Positions 13,901-26,400 of a stretch of DNA of 64,000 nt are shown in pieces. This DNA is from Camelus ferus (taxonomy: Eukaryota): contig NC_045696.1 of assembly GCF_009834535.1 (NCBI RefSeq), positions 108,874,001-108,938,000 on the forward strand. The letters are read 5' to 3'. A program made the position numbers and the translations under genes. Each line of letters begins with the position of its first letter. The first letter of the stretch is position 1. Below the pieces are notes generated by a model. The model was not told the origin of the DNA and searched no databases. It saw only the letters and a program-made list of their open reading frames with translations.

Positions 13901-14100
13901 ACTCCAGTCGCTCACGCTCCATCCTATGAAAGCCTACAAACCAACTCAACTCAGCAAACTCTCACCACCATGCAGCGAAGCCCAGGCCATTAAGACGGCT
14001 ACAACTGGACTCACACTGAGGTCTACAGGGAGACAATTACAAATCCGAGGACTTCCATCCCTTTCTTCTTGTCATCTTTGCTTCCGGAGCCCCTGATGGC
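10930..14100 (-). mobile_element. Putative highly degraded DIRS/Ngaro-like tyrosine-recombinase retrotransposon fossil, interrupted by an L1 fragment
   Basis: Ordered peptide remnants in shifting frames: AWMQA, LRLLEG, MIAKIFHSPPL, WHHL, FLYFDKHGC, SVHF, GLPCCAEKTIG, TCWVSFLE, HHI, FGSCFSG, WFGIFFLRRKVWF, KASHP, LLALRHFWLWAG, VPITL. Matched by eye to recalled DIRS gag/RT/RH/YR motifs. Boundaries are approximate. Confidence 0.55.
12225..13075 (+). mobile_element. Old L1 (L1MB/MC-like) ORF2 C-terminus plus 3' UTR fragment
   Basis: KKWTKKLTISFTKEYAQMAKKHM resembles ORF2p KWAKDLNRHF.KEDIQMA.KHM; typical L1M 3'UTR follows. Possible degenerate TSD AAGA(A)TGGAC at about 12214 and 13075. Confidence 0.85.
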
Positions 14101-16269
14101 AGAACCGCACGCAGCAGGTTGGTAGTTTCCGGCGGGCGTTGGGTAATGAAGGCAACCTCCTGATGAGAAGCATTAAGCACAGTAGCCGAGTCCCCTGCTT
14201 TGCTGAGCTCAGCTGAGACAGAGCCTCCCTGGGCAAGGCTTGCGTTGTGAATTTATACGTAATGACAATACTATAATTGTTCTTCCAGTCTTTTCCACAT
14301 ATTTAATAACAACGTGAAGTGGGAGTCGCAGAGGTCAGCCTTATTGGAGAACAAGCTTCGTTCTTATTGTCCTTTCCTGAATAGCATCTTCCATCTGCCA
14401 GCTGTTCCATGCCAGAGAGCCCCGGTGGTGGGGGATTGGTGCTGCTACAAAAGCAGCACCACCTAATCGGGGTGGAAGATTCTAATTTGCTCCACAGTCC
14501 CGGGCCACTGTCAGCATCATCTGCATAAACACACCCCCCTCCCGGGGTTTCCCCTCCTCCGCCCAGTGCTACCCGCCACTGCTACAAGTGCAGGAATGGA
14601 AAGAGTCCCAACTGCCAAGACCAGAGAAACAGCTGATGTACATGTTTGCTGTATTTATTCAGACAATTACTCCCTGGTTAGGTGAGAAGTGAAATTCCCC
14701 AGGACCTCAGAAGAAGAGTCGCATGTCTATGCTTAAAAGAACAAATCTTACTTTAAATCTATCCTGAAAGTTCACAATAGTTGGCAAACAGGAGTCACTC
14801 TTGTCAGGGTGCAGTACATGGGTGGGACAAGGACCAAGGACGAGGAAGCAGCAGTGCCCTGAGCTCCCGCCCCAGATCTGTAAAATGGACCTGATTCACT
14901 GCCTGTCTGAAGACAGGACTCTCCTCCAATGCTGCTATCTGTGATTCTCTTCCTGAAGATATATATCACAGGGCAGTTTTCAGGAACCAACTGGGAGCAT
15001 TTCAAGCACAAGGGTCTTAGAAGTCTGCATGCTCAAATCGGGTAAGGAGGAATTGCATTGTAATTCAGAACCTGTGTGATGTTGTGAGTGACTGTGCTTC
15101 CTGTCTGGGCAGGGCAAGGTTTGGTAACTCAGGTACCATAAAAGAGGGCGATGAAGCCCTGGCAGTCTGTGTCAGAGAGCAGCTTTGTACCTAATCCGGA
15201 GGGTATGATAGTTGCTAAGGAACCATTCAGATGCAAATGAATTGGCAAATACTTAGCAGCAAGATATCAGAAAAGGGTGGGGAGGGGATGCTTTGAACAA
15301 GTTAGTCAGGTGAGTGAAAGGAAAATTACTTTCTTCTGATTGGAAAAAGAAAACCATGGGTTTTCATGCAGAGCACAGCATTGTACTACTGTGTTTAAAA
15401 AAAAAAAAAAAAAGAAAAAAGAAAAAAACCTGTTCTTTTTCTGCTTGGCTGGGAGTAAAGTTGGAGCCAAGAGCAGGGAACTTGGAAGAGCAAATGGAGT
15501 CTTCCTCTGATGAACTCTAAGCAGATTTCAGATGCCTCTCTCAAAAGAGAAAGAGACATCTAAGGTTTGAAAGGGGAAGTCTGCAAAGGACTTTGAAGAC
15601 CTGCCATCTTTATACAAGTCTCAAAACCTAGACCAAAAGTACCCGGAAAACTGTGACTAAACATTCTACTGACACAAAATGGATATTCCTGGTGAGACTA
15701 AGCCATGACTGACAACTGGGGGGAAATGAGGAAAAATGAGCCCTCTTGTTGTACCTCTGAGTTTGCTCTCTTTCATTCTTGCTCTCCAACGAGCACCCAA
15801 TTCTAATGCAATGGTTAGGTTGAGATGTTGTGGGCTCCATGTTGGAAGCCAGAGAGTTACAGTGAGAAGCAGGGCCCCTCACTCGTTTCTTCATCTCATC
15901 CCAAATAAGAACCCTCTTTTTTCAGCATCTAGTTGAGATAGCCTAGTTGTAAAATCATTCTGCCTTTAGCCAAACTTCCCTGCTCTCTGCCTTTTCATCA
16001 TTTGGAGTCTGATCACAATGCTCAGGAATGCAGACAACAACCTCACTGAGAAGGAAGCTGTTTGTCCAGCCACCTCTGGGTCCCCTCTCCTGGGTTTTCA
16101 CTTTTCCTTCACCTTCAGTTTCCCCAGTTTTTCTCACATCTTCCACCAGGACCATCACAACCACAACCTCTTTCTGCCCTCAGAGTCCATGTTCTTTCCT
16201 CTCTTGCACACGAGCTTTCCATTATGGTCCAGTGATGCAAGCAGGCTGAATGTGTGAGGCAGACTGCAT

Positions 16270-16640
16270 CCCTGCCCAGCACCCTGACACTTCTCTGGGG
16301 AGCCAGCCTTCCTCTATCTCAGGCCTGGTGGCTCAGACAAGTCTGGCCTAACCATCTCCTCCCAGCTCCAAGGATGGGTGGCCATGTGCCCCAAGCCTGG
16401 CCGATGAGAGCATTTCAACTTCCCAGTGAGAGAGCCTAGTTCATGGAGAGGCTTGAGACTCGATGGAGCCAAGGAGACAAAATTTCCAGGGCTTTTTGCT
16501 AGAGCTACTGAGCGTGAGAATTCCACTTTCTGCTGAGGTTTCAAGAGGATGTGAATCTGAGCTGCCAGCGGCCACATGACCATCTGCTGGGAGAGCCTGC
16601 TGGAGGATGAAGTCAACGTAAACGGCTGTGCTGACTGTTT
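16270..16640 (+). mobile_element. MaLR MLT1-type LTR fragment
   Basis: GGATGGGTGGCCATGTGCCCCAAGCCTGGCCGATGAGAG...GAGCTGCCAGCGGCCAC...GAGAGCCTGC. Confidence 0.5.
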
Positions 16641-18354
16641 CCCACTGCCCCCTCCAGGTCCATTCTCCACCTTTCTTTGCCCTTTTCTGAGCCTCGGGAG
16701 ACTGGCTTCCACGAACCAGGCTTCCATGCCCCCTGCCTTCCTGTTGAATTCATCCAATGGGAGGTGCTGGCAGGAGATGAGAAAGTGGAGGAGAAAGAGT
16801 TTGGGGAATATGATGCCCCACCCCCTGCATGGCTTAGACGGAGGCTGCGCCCCTCTATTCACGTCTACAGCTCCGGCCAGGGAGCCTCCCCCGTGCTACA
16901 GCTCTTGCCAGGTCCGGATGCCATCATCCCCTCCTCTCACCCCTTCTGGCTCCCCACTCTCGCCAGTCCCTGAGTGCATCCCACCCTTACTGTCCCCTGA
17001 ACCCTGTTCATACCTTCCCTAAAGAGTGTCTTCACTGCACTCTCCTCAGCTAGCCCTTTGAGAATGCCAACCGTTTTCTGCCCAGACCTTGCCTGACACA
17101 GACACAAAGCTAAGGAATGAAAAAAAGGGGGACTGAGCCCTAAGACAGCATTGTGGCCCCGGATACCATCACAACCTAAGTCTCCAACTGTCCAGTAATA
17201 ACAAGTGCCAGTAATCACTCCTTACCCTTTGCTTTCCTTTCCTCCAGCTTGAGCTGAACATGTTTCTACAACCAAAGATATGGCTAATAAAAGAGGTAAA
17301 GCCCGCTAGAAGAGGAGAGGGCTAGAGGCGGAGAGTCGGAATGACCACGGGTCTTGGATCCCCACCCTCACCCGCCCCTACCTCTATCTGACAAATTGCT
17401 ACCCAACCTCCAAGGAGCTCACCCTGTGTCTGTCCCTGTCTCTCTCTCTCTTACACATGCACACACATTCCTGCTGCAAATCCTTCCCACTGGAAGTATG
17501 ACGCTCTCATTTGGTTTCTCCTCGTCGCTACATGTAACCATGTTACCACATCTAGCAGACTCCATCATACTCCTGTTACAGCTTGTAATTTGCATGGCTC
17601 TGTCTCCCCCACCAGTCTGTTAATCAGTGAGCTTCTGAAGGAAAAGCAGTGTCTTCTTGACCTTCATGTTCTCCTCTCAAGCGCAGTGTTTCTCTTGTAG
17701 ACGCCCAATAAATGTGTTCTGTAAGAATATTCATGACCCTGATGGCTCCCAAGCCAAGCTGTCAGTTCTGTCTCTCAGCCCCCATTCCCCATTTGCATCT
17801 TGTAGAATTTGGGCTTTCAAGACTGGGTGCAGCTCAGCCCCCCTTGGACACCCCAGGAGGGGGCTGCATCCTCTCTCGAGGCAGCCTGCTCCAGCTTGGT
17901 TCAGCTTGGCTGGAAAGAATTTCATAATCAAGCCAAAATCCATCTCTCACACACAGCAAAGCTAAGCCTGCTTGGCAAGACCACCCTTCTCATATTCACA
18001 GAGAGAGACCTTCCCTTCCCCACCCTCTCCCCTCGTTTTCGGTTGCCCAAGCCTGCACCCATCACTCTCAATCATCAATCACCCTACTTACTTACTCCCT
18101 TTACAGTACTTTCCTGGAATTACAGTCTACGTTGTTTGTCTGCTCAGTGACTGTCTCACCACCAGGATGCTCCCGAGGGCTGGGTTCCCCTTCCTTCACT
18201 CTGTTTTGCGCATACTGCCTGGCACACAGTAGGAAGTTAACAAATATCTGTTTGATGTTGAATGAATGAGATACCGTCTCTTCCCCCACTCCCCAGCTTC
18301 TCCCGAAGTCCTTTCTAGTTTTTTCTGCACCATTTGTCTTCTATACTTCTCCCA

Positions 18355-18892
18355 GGTTATTTGGGTTATCAATTCCTGCATAATACACCAATCCAAACCC
18401 TAGTCGTTTTCAACTTTGACAATGTTTATTTTGTTCACAGATCTATAATTTGGACAGGGCTCAGGGAGGAAAGTCTGTCTCTTCTCATTTAGACTCAGCA
18501 GGGATGGCTGGAAAGAAGGGGCTGCAACCAACCGAAGACGCACTCATTCGGATGTCTGGCATGGGAGGCTGGCAGGGGGCTGGGATCTGAGCTCGGGCTG
18601 TGGCTAGAACATCCACACGTGTCTCTCTGAGTTGTGTGGGCTTCCACACAATATGGTGGCTGGGTCACAAGGGCAAGCATCCCTGGTGAGAGGGTGAGAG
18701 AGAGAGCAAACTAGCCAGAAGCTATAATGTCTTCTCTGATCTCACCTCCAAAGTTTTTGCAAGATCACTTCTGCCAGATTCTATCCATTAGAGTGAGTCA
18801 GAAGGCCAACACATATTTAACTGGAGAATTAGGTTTCATATTCTGATGAAAAGAGTGTCAAAACCTTTACAGGCCTGTTTTAAACTACCATA
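18355..18892 (-). mobile_element. MaLR MLT1-type LTR
   Basis: TTTATTTTGTTCACAGATCT...TGGGCTTCCACACAATATGGTGGCTGGG...ATCACTTCTGCCAGATTCTA...TTTTAAACTACCA. Confidence 0.7.
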
Positions 18893-18987
18893 GAGGACAT
18901 GATTTCAGGTTTTTATGTGTTCTGTTGATCTTTTCCTTCTTTGTGTTCATCAGTACAACACACTTTGGCCACCACCTACATACCACG

Positions 18988-19204
18988 TGCAGGGGATACC
19001 ACGACAATTAAGGTAGAGCCCCACCCTACAGGGGCTCACAGAGCTGCGGGGTACCCAGAGAAGTCAACACACCACCACAGACCAGTGGGCGGCAGAGGCG
19101 GCTGTGGTGGGGACCAGCAGGCCACCGAATCCAGCCTGGGGCTGGGAGAAAGGCTTCCAGGAGCAGGTGACCCCTATGGCAAATTCTAAAAAGTAAGTTA
19201 GGGT
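18988..19204 (+). repeat. Copy 1 of a local ~220-240 bp direct repeat
   Basis: Highly similar to 20575-20811; lacks a 20-nt segment present in copy 2. Confidence 0.95.
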
Positions 19205-20574
19205 TACCCAAGAAAAGCTGGTTAAAAATGCAACACAGGCAGAGCAAGCAGGGGCAGCCCCAGAGGCACAGAGCAGCAGAAGGCTCAGCTGGGCCCCCAC
19301 ACAGATGGGGAAAAGAAAAGGGGATGCCGGGGTGCGTGTACCTGAGCAGTGGGTGTGCATCAGTGCCTGTGTGGGGCAGGGGAAGACAGAGCAGCGGGAG
19401 GTGCTGCTGGGAAAGGAAAGGGAAGACCCAGATTGTGAAGGGTCTTGCAACAGTCCTGAAGGTGCGGGAAGAGGTTCACATATGTGCCAGCCAGGGCAAA
19501 GCCAAACAGCACAGTGCGGTCTGACACCCAAAGTACAGCCTGACCAGTGCCCAGCACAGGTCCCTGGGCACCCGCCCACAACACGGTAGATGTTCTGCTC
19601 CTGAGACCCTTCTCTTTGCCCTGAAGCTCACAGCCTGCACTCCCACCACCCAGACCACTTGGATGCATGGCCAGAGGGGCTGACAGCATCCCTGGATGGG
19701 CTCCCCTCCCAACCCTCCCTAGTGAGGCTCCTCCCTCCTCTCTCCCCTTTCCAAGTGCATTACCCAGCTCTAGCCTCAGCATCAATGAGAAAGCCAGGGG
19801 CAAAGGTCCCACCTTGATGTGCTGGAAAAACAGCAAGAGGAAAACAACAGAACAGTTAACCGCAGGGCCCAGCTGCCTCTCACAGATAAGGCATTTTCTC
19901 AGCCGCCACTGTCGACGAAGCTGCCTGCTATCATCCCCGGTCCTCCCGCTCAGCCCTGTCCATGGGTGTGGCCCTGAGGGGACCAGACCCTGTCCACTGA
20001 GACTAGGATGCTGAGGGATTTCTCTCTTCCCTCCTCCCACATATCCTGCCGTGCTCAGACCTGATGCTAAATCCCAGCATCCTCCCCTGATGTCATGGGT
20101 CTGCACCTGACCAGATGGGCAGAAGCTGCCAGAGCTCCGGGAGTAACACAGGCCCAGGCAGGGCGGGGTGCACAGGACAGAAGCCAGGTCGGCCCTCAAC
20201 AGTGAACACCGGCAGCTGGCCCTTCCTCTGGAAGGCGGGCCTACAGCGGGAGCTCCAGGAGGCCCACAGCAACCTGCCCCCACAACACACACCCCCTGCT
20301 GCCAAGAGCCAGGCACAGAAGCCAAGCTGCAACCATCTAAGCCACACAGCTCGTCAAAGATCAGAGCCAGACAGACTCACAGCAAAAAGAAAACCACTAA
20401 TGACCACAGTGGGGGTCTGATGGGTGGGGGCACGTGGGAAAGGCCATGTGCAAATAGGAAAACGCAAACTGAGAAGGAAAAAGGTTTTCCTCCAGCTGGA
20501 GGCACAGGCAGGGCAATTCCAGAGAGCAAGAGGAGAACCTGCCCCACGGACGGGTGTGGAGACCCAGAGCCGCA

Positions 20575-20811
20575 TGCTGGGGATACCATGACAATTAAGG
20601 TAGAGCCCCATCCTTCAGGGGCTCACAGAGCTGCGGGGTACCCAGAGAAGTCAACACACCACCACAGACCAGTGTGGGCTGTGCTCCCACAGAGGGCGGC
20701 AGAGGTGGCTGTGGTGGGGACCAGCAGGCCACCGAATCCAGCCTGGGGCTGGGAGGAAGGCTTCCAGGAGGAGGTGACCCCTGTGGCAAATTCTGAAAAA
20801 TAAATTAGGGT
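20575..20811 (+). repeat. Copy 2 of a local direct repeat
   Basis: Shares an exact stretch CAGGGGCTCACAGAGCTGCGGGGTACCCAGAGAAGTCAACACACCACCACAGACCAGTG with copy 1, plus an extra TGGGCTGTGCTCCCACAGAG. Confidence 0.95.
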
Positions 20812-23254
20812 ACCTTTGACAGCACCCGGCCGGACAGTGAATAAACAGCTGGTGCTTAATAAGTGCCTCCTGATTAAATTCGTGAGTAAGCAATGTTCAA
20901 TGGAAAAGCACTAACTGAGAGGCAGAGGCCTGAGGAGCTGTCCAACTTATTTTGTCAAAAGTTCGGTTTGAATCTCAGCTCTCATGCCAGTAACTTACCC
21001 TCTCAAAGCCTCTCCTCCCTCACCTGGAAAATGGGAGAGCAGATGCTGGGACAGTAAGGGGTCGGGGATCAGCACATGGTAGATGCTCAAGGGGCCACAG
21101 CAGCTCAGTCCAGTCCTGGCTCCAGTGCTGCCAGGCTACAGAATTTCTGGAAAGTCTCTTCCCTTCCCTAAAACTTGTCTCCAGTCCTGCTCCGGATGAA
21201 CAAGCCTGAGGCCCTGTTGGCTTCCAGGCTCAGTCCCAGGGACCTCAGACGCTAGTGCGAGGCTACAGCCCGGGGCCACGCTCCCTCACCGGCCCCTCCC
21301 CTCCTGGCCCCCTGCTTCTGCCCATTTCTCTGCTCATTATCACCTCCGCTGGGGGATGAAGCAGCAGCTCGAGGAGGTTAAATTCAAATCAGTCATTTTG
21401 TCACTTGCTGCCGGGGAGCGGGAGGGGCGAGAGGAGAGACAGGCAGGGCCTCAGGTGCAACCTGTGGGCAGAAATGAGTCCTGGTAATTCTCTGAAAACT
21501 TCCTATATGTTTCCACCTCAGCCCAGTTCTGCTACCGAACGCTCTGAGGGAACCTTCCAGGAGGGGACAGAGCAGCCTCCTTCAGCAGCTGCTAATGGTG
21601 TTGTCTGTAGGTGCTGGGGTGTCCTGTGCCTGGGAGGAACACCTCTACTGGGGATGGAGGGGGAGACCTGGCCTTTTTCATCACCTTGTTTCCCCACTAG
21701 TGGACGGAGCATCCGAGGTCCCCATCATCAGCAGGGTCCTTATGGTGCTGCGTAGGGCCCCAGATTTTCGGTTCTGGGGCTGACACTCCACGCTGCCTCG
21801 GGAGTGAGGGAGTAGGTGGGTAAGGTGCCCTTCCTAGGCTGTGGAGACGAAACCTTCTCTGTGGAAATGGACTAGAGGGGGCTGTGGTCCAGGTGCCACC
21901 TGTACCAGCTACACAGCCTGGGCAGTGACAGGTCCTGAGAGTGGGGTCTTCTCGAGCAGGGCACTAGGCTAAGGCCCTTTTGATTTTGGCCAGGCTCACC
22001 CTCACTCTCTCTGAGCTACTGTTGCAGAACCCAGCCCCCAGACTCTGAGGATCCACACCCCGCCCACAACTAGCCAGGGGGTCACAATGCTGTGGACTGC
22101 ACTTCACCTACAGTTGTCAACCCCAAGCCCCCCTACTTCTATCACTGTTTCTACTCTGGGGTTTGCCCCCACCCCAAGCCCCTGCTACCCTCTCCATCAT
22201 AACAACCCCTCCTTTAGTCTTTCAACAATGAGAACACTGGGTCCAGGGAGGGCAAGAGCTAACTGTACGTCCTGCTGCTTCCTGAGCCCTAGTTCAGATG
22301 GAAAGCAAAGAAGAACCAAGCTCTCCATCCTCCCCGCCTCCCTGCCAAGTGTGTTCCCATCTCTCTAACCCCCAGGAGTGATTAACAAAAGCGAGGTGGC
22401 TCAGACATCAGGTGTCAGGGACCTTTGATGGAGCAGGTGGCCCTGAGCTGGCCATTCAATCCCCCCACCCCCAACCTCTGAACAAAAACACACACCTGAG
22501 GGCCCAGTCTGTCGCTATAAGTGAAATGGCATCCATAAAAGGGGTTGAGAAATTTCTCATGCAAAATTGTGCTCTTAAATATGAAATCTCTCCCAGGGTG
22601 TTACTTTATTATTATAGTAATTTCCTCAGAAGGGCAGGCATCCAATACTCTGTTTCTCCACCACCTTTGGGGACATGGAAATCTGAGAGAAATATTCAGG
22701 TTGCTTCAGTGGCTAATGCAGAAGACAGAGACATAAAGGGAGCTCTTCCAAGGAATGTGGGCTCCTGGAAGCCGGTGCAGGGATGTGCCTCAGACGATCA
22801 GGTGGGGACAGGTAAGGGTCTCATGTGCTCACTCCACTGCTCTCAGAATGCACAGGATGCCCAGGCCCACATCTTTTGGGGACCCTTGTCCGCAACCATT
22901 TTTTTCCTTGGGAGAGCTGGCCAGGTCAGGGAGAGGGGCAAAGATGCTCGGGATCCTTCCTTATCAGAAGCCGTGCTGTTCCCAGCCCCACATCTGCATG
23001 TGTATAGAGTGGCAAGAGGGTGGGAGGTGGGAAAGAAGGGGCAGGAAGAGAGCTACAGGGAAACTGGGCTGGAGCCGAAGTGCTGGGATTATCCGAACAT
23101 TTCCATCATCTCTTCTTCCAAGACCACGGAAATATGGAGTCCCTACTCATCAGTTAAGTACCCTATGGCCAGTGGCTGAATCAGCATTAGAGTTCTTCCC
23201 ACCCATGGAATCAGGCTGATCTGAACCTTTCTTCAAGCAAAGCCTACAAAAATA

Positions 23255-23485
23255 GTAGAGTGGAGTGGTACAGAACATGGATTGCCTGGGTTCAAGTGCA
23301 GTCCACTTACTAGCTATGTGGCATCATCGAATTACTGAAACACTCTGGACCTCAGTCTTCTCATCTGAGAAATGGGAGAGGAGAATGGATAATAATACCT
23401 ATGTGATTGGATTGTCTAAAGATTAAGAGAATTAATTTATGTAAAGCACCTAGAATGGCACCTTGTGTTAGGTGTTAGCTATTAT
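23255..23485 (+). mobile_element. MIR SINE
   Basis: TGCCTGGGTTCAAG...CACTTACTAGCTATGTG...CCTCAGTCTTCTCATCTGAGAAATGGG...GTAAAGCACCTAGAA...TTAGCTATTAT. Confidence 0.8.
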
Positions 23486-26400
23486 CAGCAGTTCCTAAAT
23501 GTACTGGGGCCAGGCTCCCTGCATCTGAATCGCCAAGTCCCTTTGTTAAAAATGCAGATGCCCTGGCCGTTCCAACTCCCGAAGTGACAAGTAGAGCAAG
23601 ACCTGCTCAGGATTCCTGACTGCAGCCTAATTTAGAAACATTCCTCTGGGCAAAGTTTTCAGGAAGCACCTACAACAGGATCTTCTGGGAGGCCAGAATG
23701 TCAACTTTCAGGATCTTTCCACACCTGCTGACCTTTTGGGAACAGAGTCCAGGAGTCTAGAATGAATTGCCCAGGTGCCACAAGGCTGCCTGAAGCCTGA
23801 GATGCCTTCCTGAGACAATACCCCACACTGCTGGCTTCCAAAATCACCTCCACCCTTTGCCCATGCTGGAAACACTACATTCTTAAACCTTAGCGTTTCT
23901 AGGAACTCTTGGGGAGTTAACTAAGATGATCGTCATAGTTTAATAATATGAATGTATCTTTGACTTTAATAGCATCTTCATTTTTAAACTAGTACTGGGG
24001 TGTCCTCATAACGTATGTCTCGTCCAATTTCTAAGGTTAGAATAGGTGAGCAGCTCCAGCTGGGGCAGCTCTGTTCTGTCAATCTAGAAGGTTCGGGCTG
24101 GGGCTGGGTCTTACCTCAGCAGCTGTCTACACTATCAAGACTTCTCTCAAAACAATTGCCCAGGGCTGCATTACCCTACCTCACCAGGATTTCACTCGCT
24201 GCTTCAGGGGGTCCCTCCGCAAACACTGAGTAATAGCCACCTTTTCACGACGCACAGAAAATAAAATCAGCTAATGGATAGAATTTTCTCCAATTTTACT
24301 TTTCTCCGCTAGACATTTTTTTCAATCTTTGGCGCCTGCTACTGCTTGCAGGCTCATGCACGCTCATGGATACCCAAAACAGATGCACTCGTAGCAAACA
24401 AATCTTCACAGGAAATGCAGAAACAGCCAATCACTTCTGGGCCTGGTAGCCTGTTACAGACACACAGGCTGAGCTTGGGGGTTTCCACCATGAAACCGTG
24501 ATGGAGACTTAACTGTGTGCCGTGGAATGCAGTGCCCTTGCATTTCAAGGTAACTTATCCCACAAAGGGGTACTGTAACTCAGGCGTGTATGCATTCAGG
24601 CCTCAGGAATTCCTACGAAGAACCCACTATTTGTTAAGCCCTGAGAAATTTACCACCAAAGCAAACACACATGCAGGTTCAAGGGTGGCAAGTGCAGAAT
24701 TTCACTCTGGGCCACATCAAAAGGCAGCTCTCCTAGGAGTGCTTTGGTCAGCCAGTGTCGCACACTGAGGCCCCCTGCATGTGTGTGGTCACTCACAGAC
24801 GCCGGTGCTGGGGCTGGGAGGATGCTGTGAGCTGTCAGTGATTCCAGATCGCTGCCTCCCAGAAGGGCCAACGGCTTAGCCCAGAAATACTCCACTCTGA
24901 GGGCGAAGTGTCTGCTGTCAGCCTGACATGTCCTTCCTGCTGCACCTTGAGAGAATGTCTTCAGCCCCCGACCAGAAGGGCACAGGCCAAAGGGCAGCTC
25001 AGAGGAGGCAGCCCATAGATGCCAGCAGCCGGTCCTCAACAAGCTCTCAGACCAATGAGAAAAGGTGCGGACTGGAAGAGGCAGTTGTTTTCCCAGAGGC
25101 AGAAAAGAGGCCTCGTTCTGTGTCCAGAAGGCCTGAGGAAGTCAGCATCCCTGCCTCCCAGCCTGCCCTGCTCCCCTCCGAAAATAGACTTTAAAAGCCC
25201 CAGAGAGCCTTTTCCCTGCAGGCCAGAGCCACTGGCTGGAAGTGGGCGGCGGGGGGTGGGGGGGGCGGCAGGGAGGAAAGGGGCAGTCTCCTTCAGGGTG
25301 GGTCTCCCACTCTCTGGGTTAGCCAGCCCCTCCTTCTTCCACCCAGGCAGAGGGTCCCATAGGGCCCTGCCTGCTTCTGGTGAAGTGTCCCCACCTGGCC
25401 CGTGGCTACTGCTATCCCTTTGTCCTCACCCTGGCCCAGGCTGAGGACCAGCCTGGTCTTGGAGCTGCCTGCCTTGGGTGACAAGGCCCCACTACAATTC
25501 CACCAGAGACCCACGAAGACAAGAAGACAGATAGACACATAAGGGGCCAAACCAGCAAGGAGAGGCTCCCCCTGGCCACAGTTGCATGAGTGGGATCTGC
25601 TCTCTGTGTAGGCAGCTCATTGATTCACTTTTCTGATAATTATTCCTCACTCATCACAAGTGGAATGACGCTGGCCCCAGCCCAGCAAGGCAGGCGGGAA
25701 GGCGGCTCCGCGTGTGGAGAGTAGAAAATGAGCCTGCCTGTGCTCATTGGAGAAGACGAAGGAGTGAATGGTGTGTACTATCCCTGTGCACCGAGCAGGG
25801 ACGCCGGGGCTGCTTTAATATTCTGCTGAATGTGGCATTTCTTTTAACCCTTGCAGGAGAGATGTTCAGCCCAGAAAGCCGGGCTCTTCTTGCGGGGCTA
25901 ATGGCAAAGTTCCCTGGGCTGCGCTGAGGGAAAGAACACCGCCCCCACACCGTGGGCAGCACCAGACGCCCCAGGTGACAGGGCCGGTATACACGGCTGG
26001 CCGTGGGCACAATGGTACCCTTCCTGGGCTGCTCCAGCGAGCAGACAAGGAGGGCCAACCCAGGTGGGGTCTAGGGCGGAAACCGCGCGCCGCCAGACAC
26101 CTGGTGTGTTCCCACACATCTGCCCTTCAAACAATTTCGCTCGAATGCATGTGTCCTCCTTCAACGACGCAGACCCAACGCCAGGACCATGCTCCCAAAG
26201 TAGGCAACTATTCTGCACTCCGAGAGCAAGCCACTGCCCCTCCAGGGGCCGCGAAGAGCGGCTGGCAGGACGCGCCGCCCCAGAGCTAGAAAGTCCAGCC
26301 TAGCCTCGCCCGTTGCAAATGCTCGCTCGCCCAGGTCGTCCTGACCGGTTTGGAGGTGTGCTTCGCCCGGCTTGTCCTAATTTAACCGCTCCCGCGCTTG

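Noticed and set aside
19360..20325. 321-aa minus-strand ORF
   Set aside because: No recognisable domain or splice structure; GC-rich intronic sequence.
18988..20811. LTR pair of a small retroelement
   Set aside because: No TG/CA termini, PBS, PPT or TSD; the unit resembles L2 sequence.
22412..23179. 255-aa plus-strand ORF
   Set aside because: Non-ATG start, antisense within the intron, no recognisable protein.
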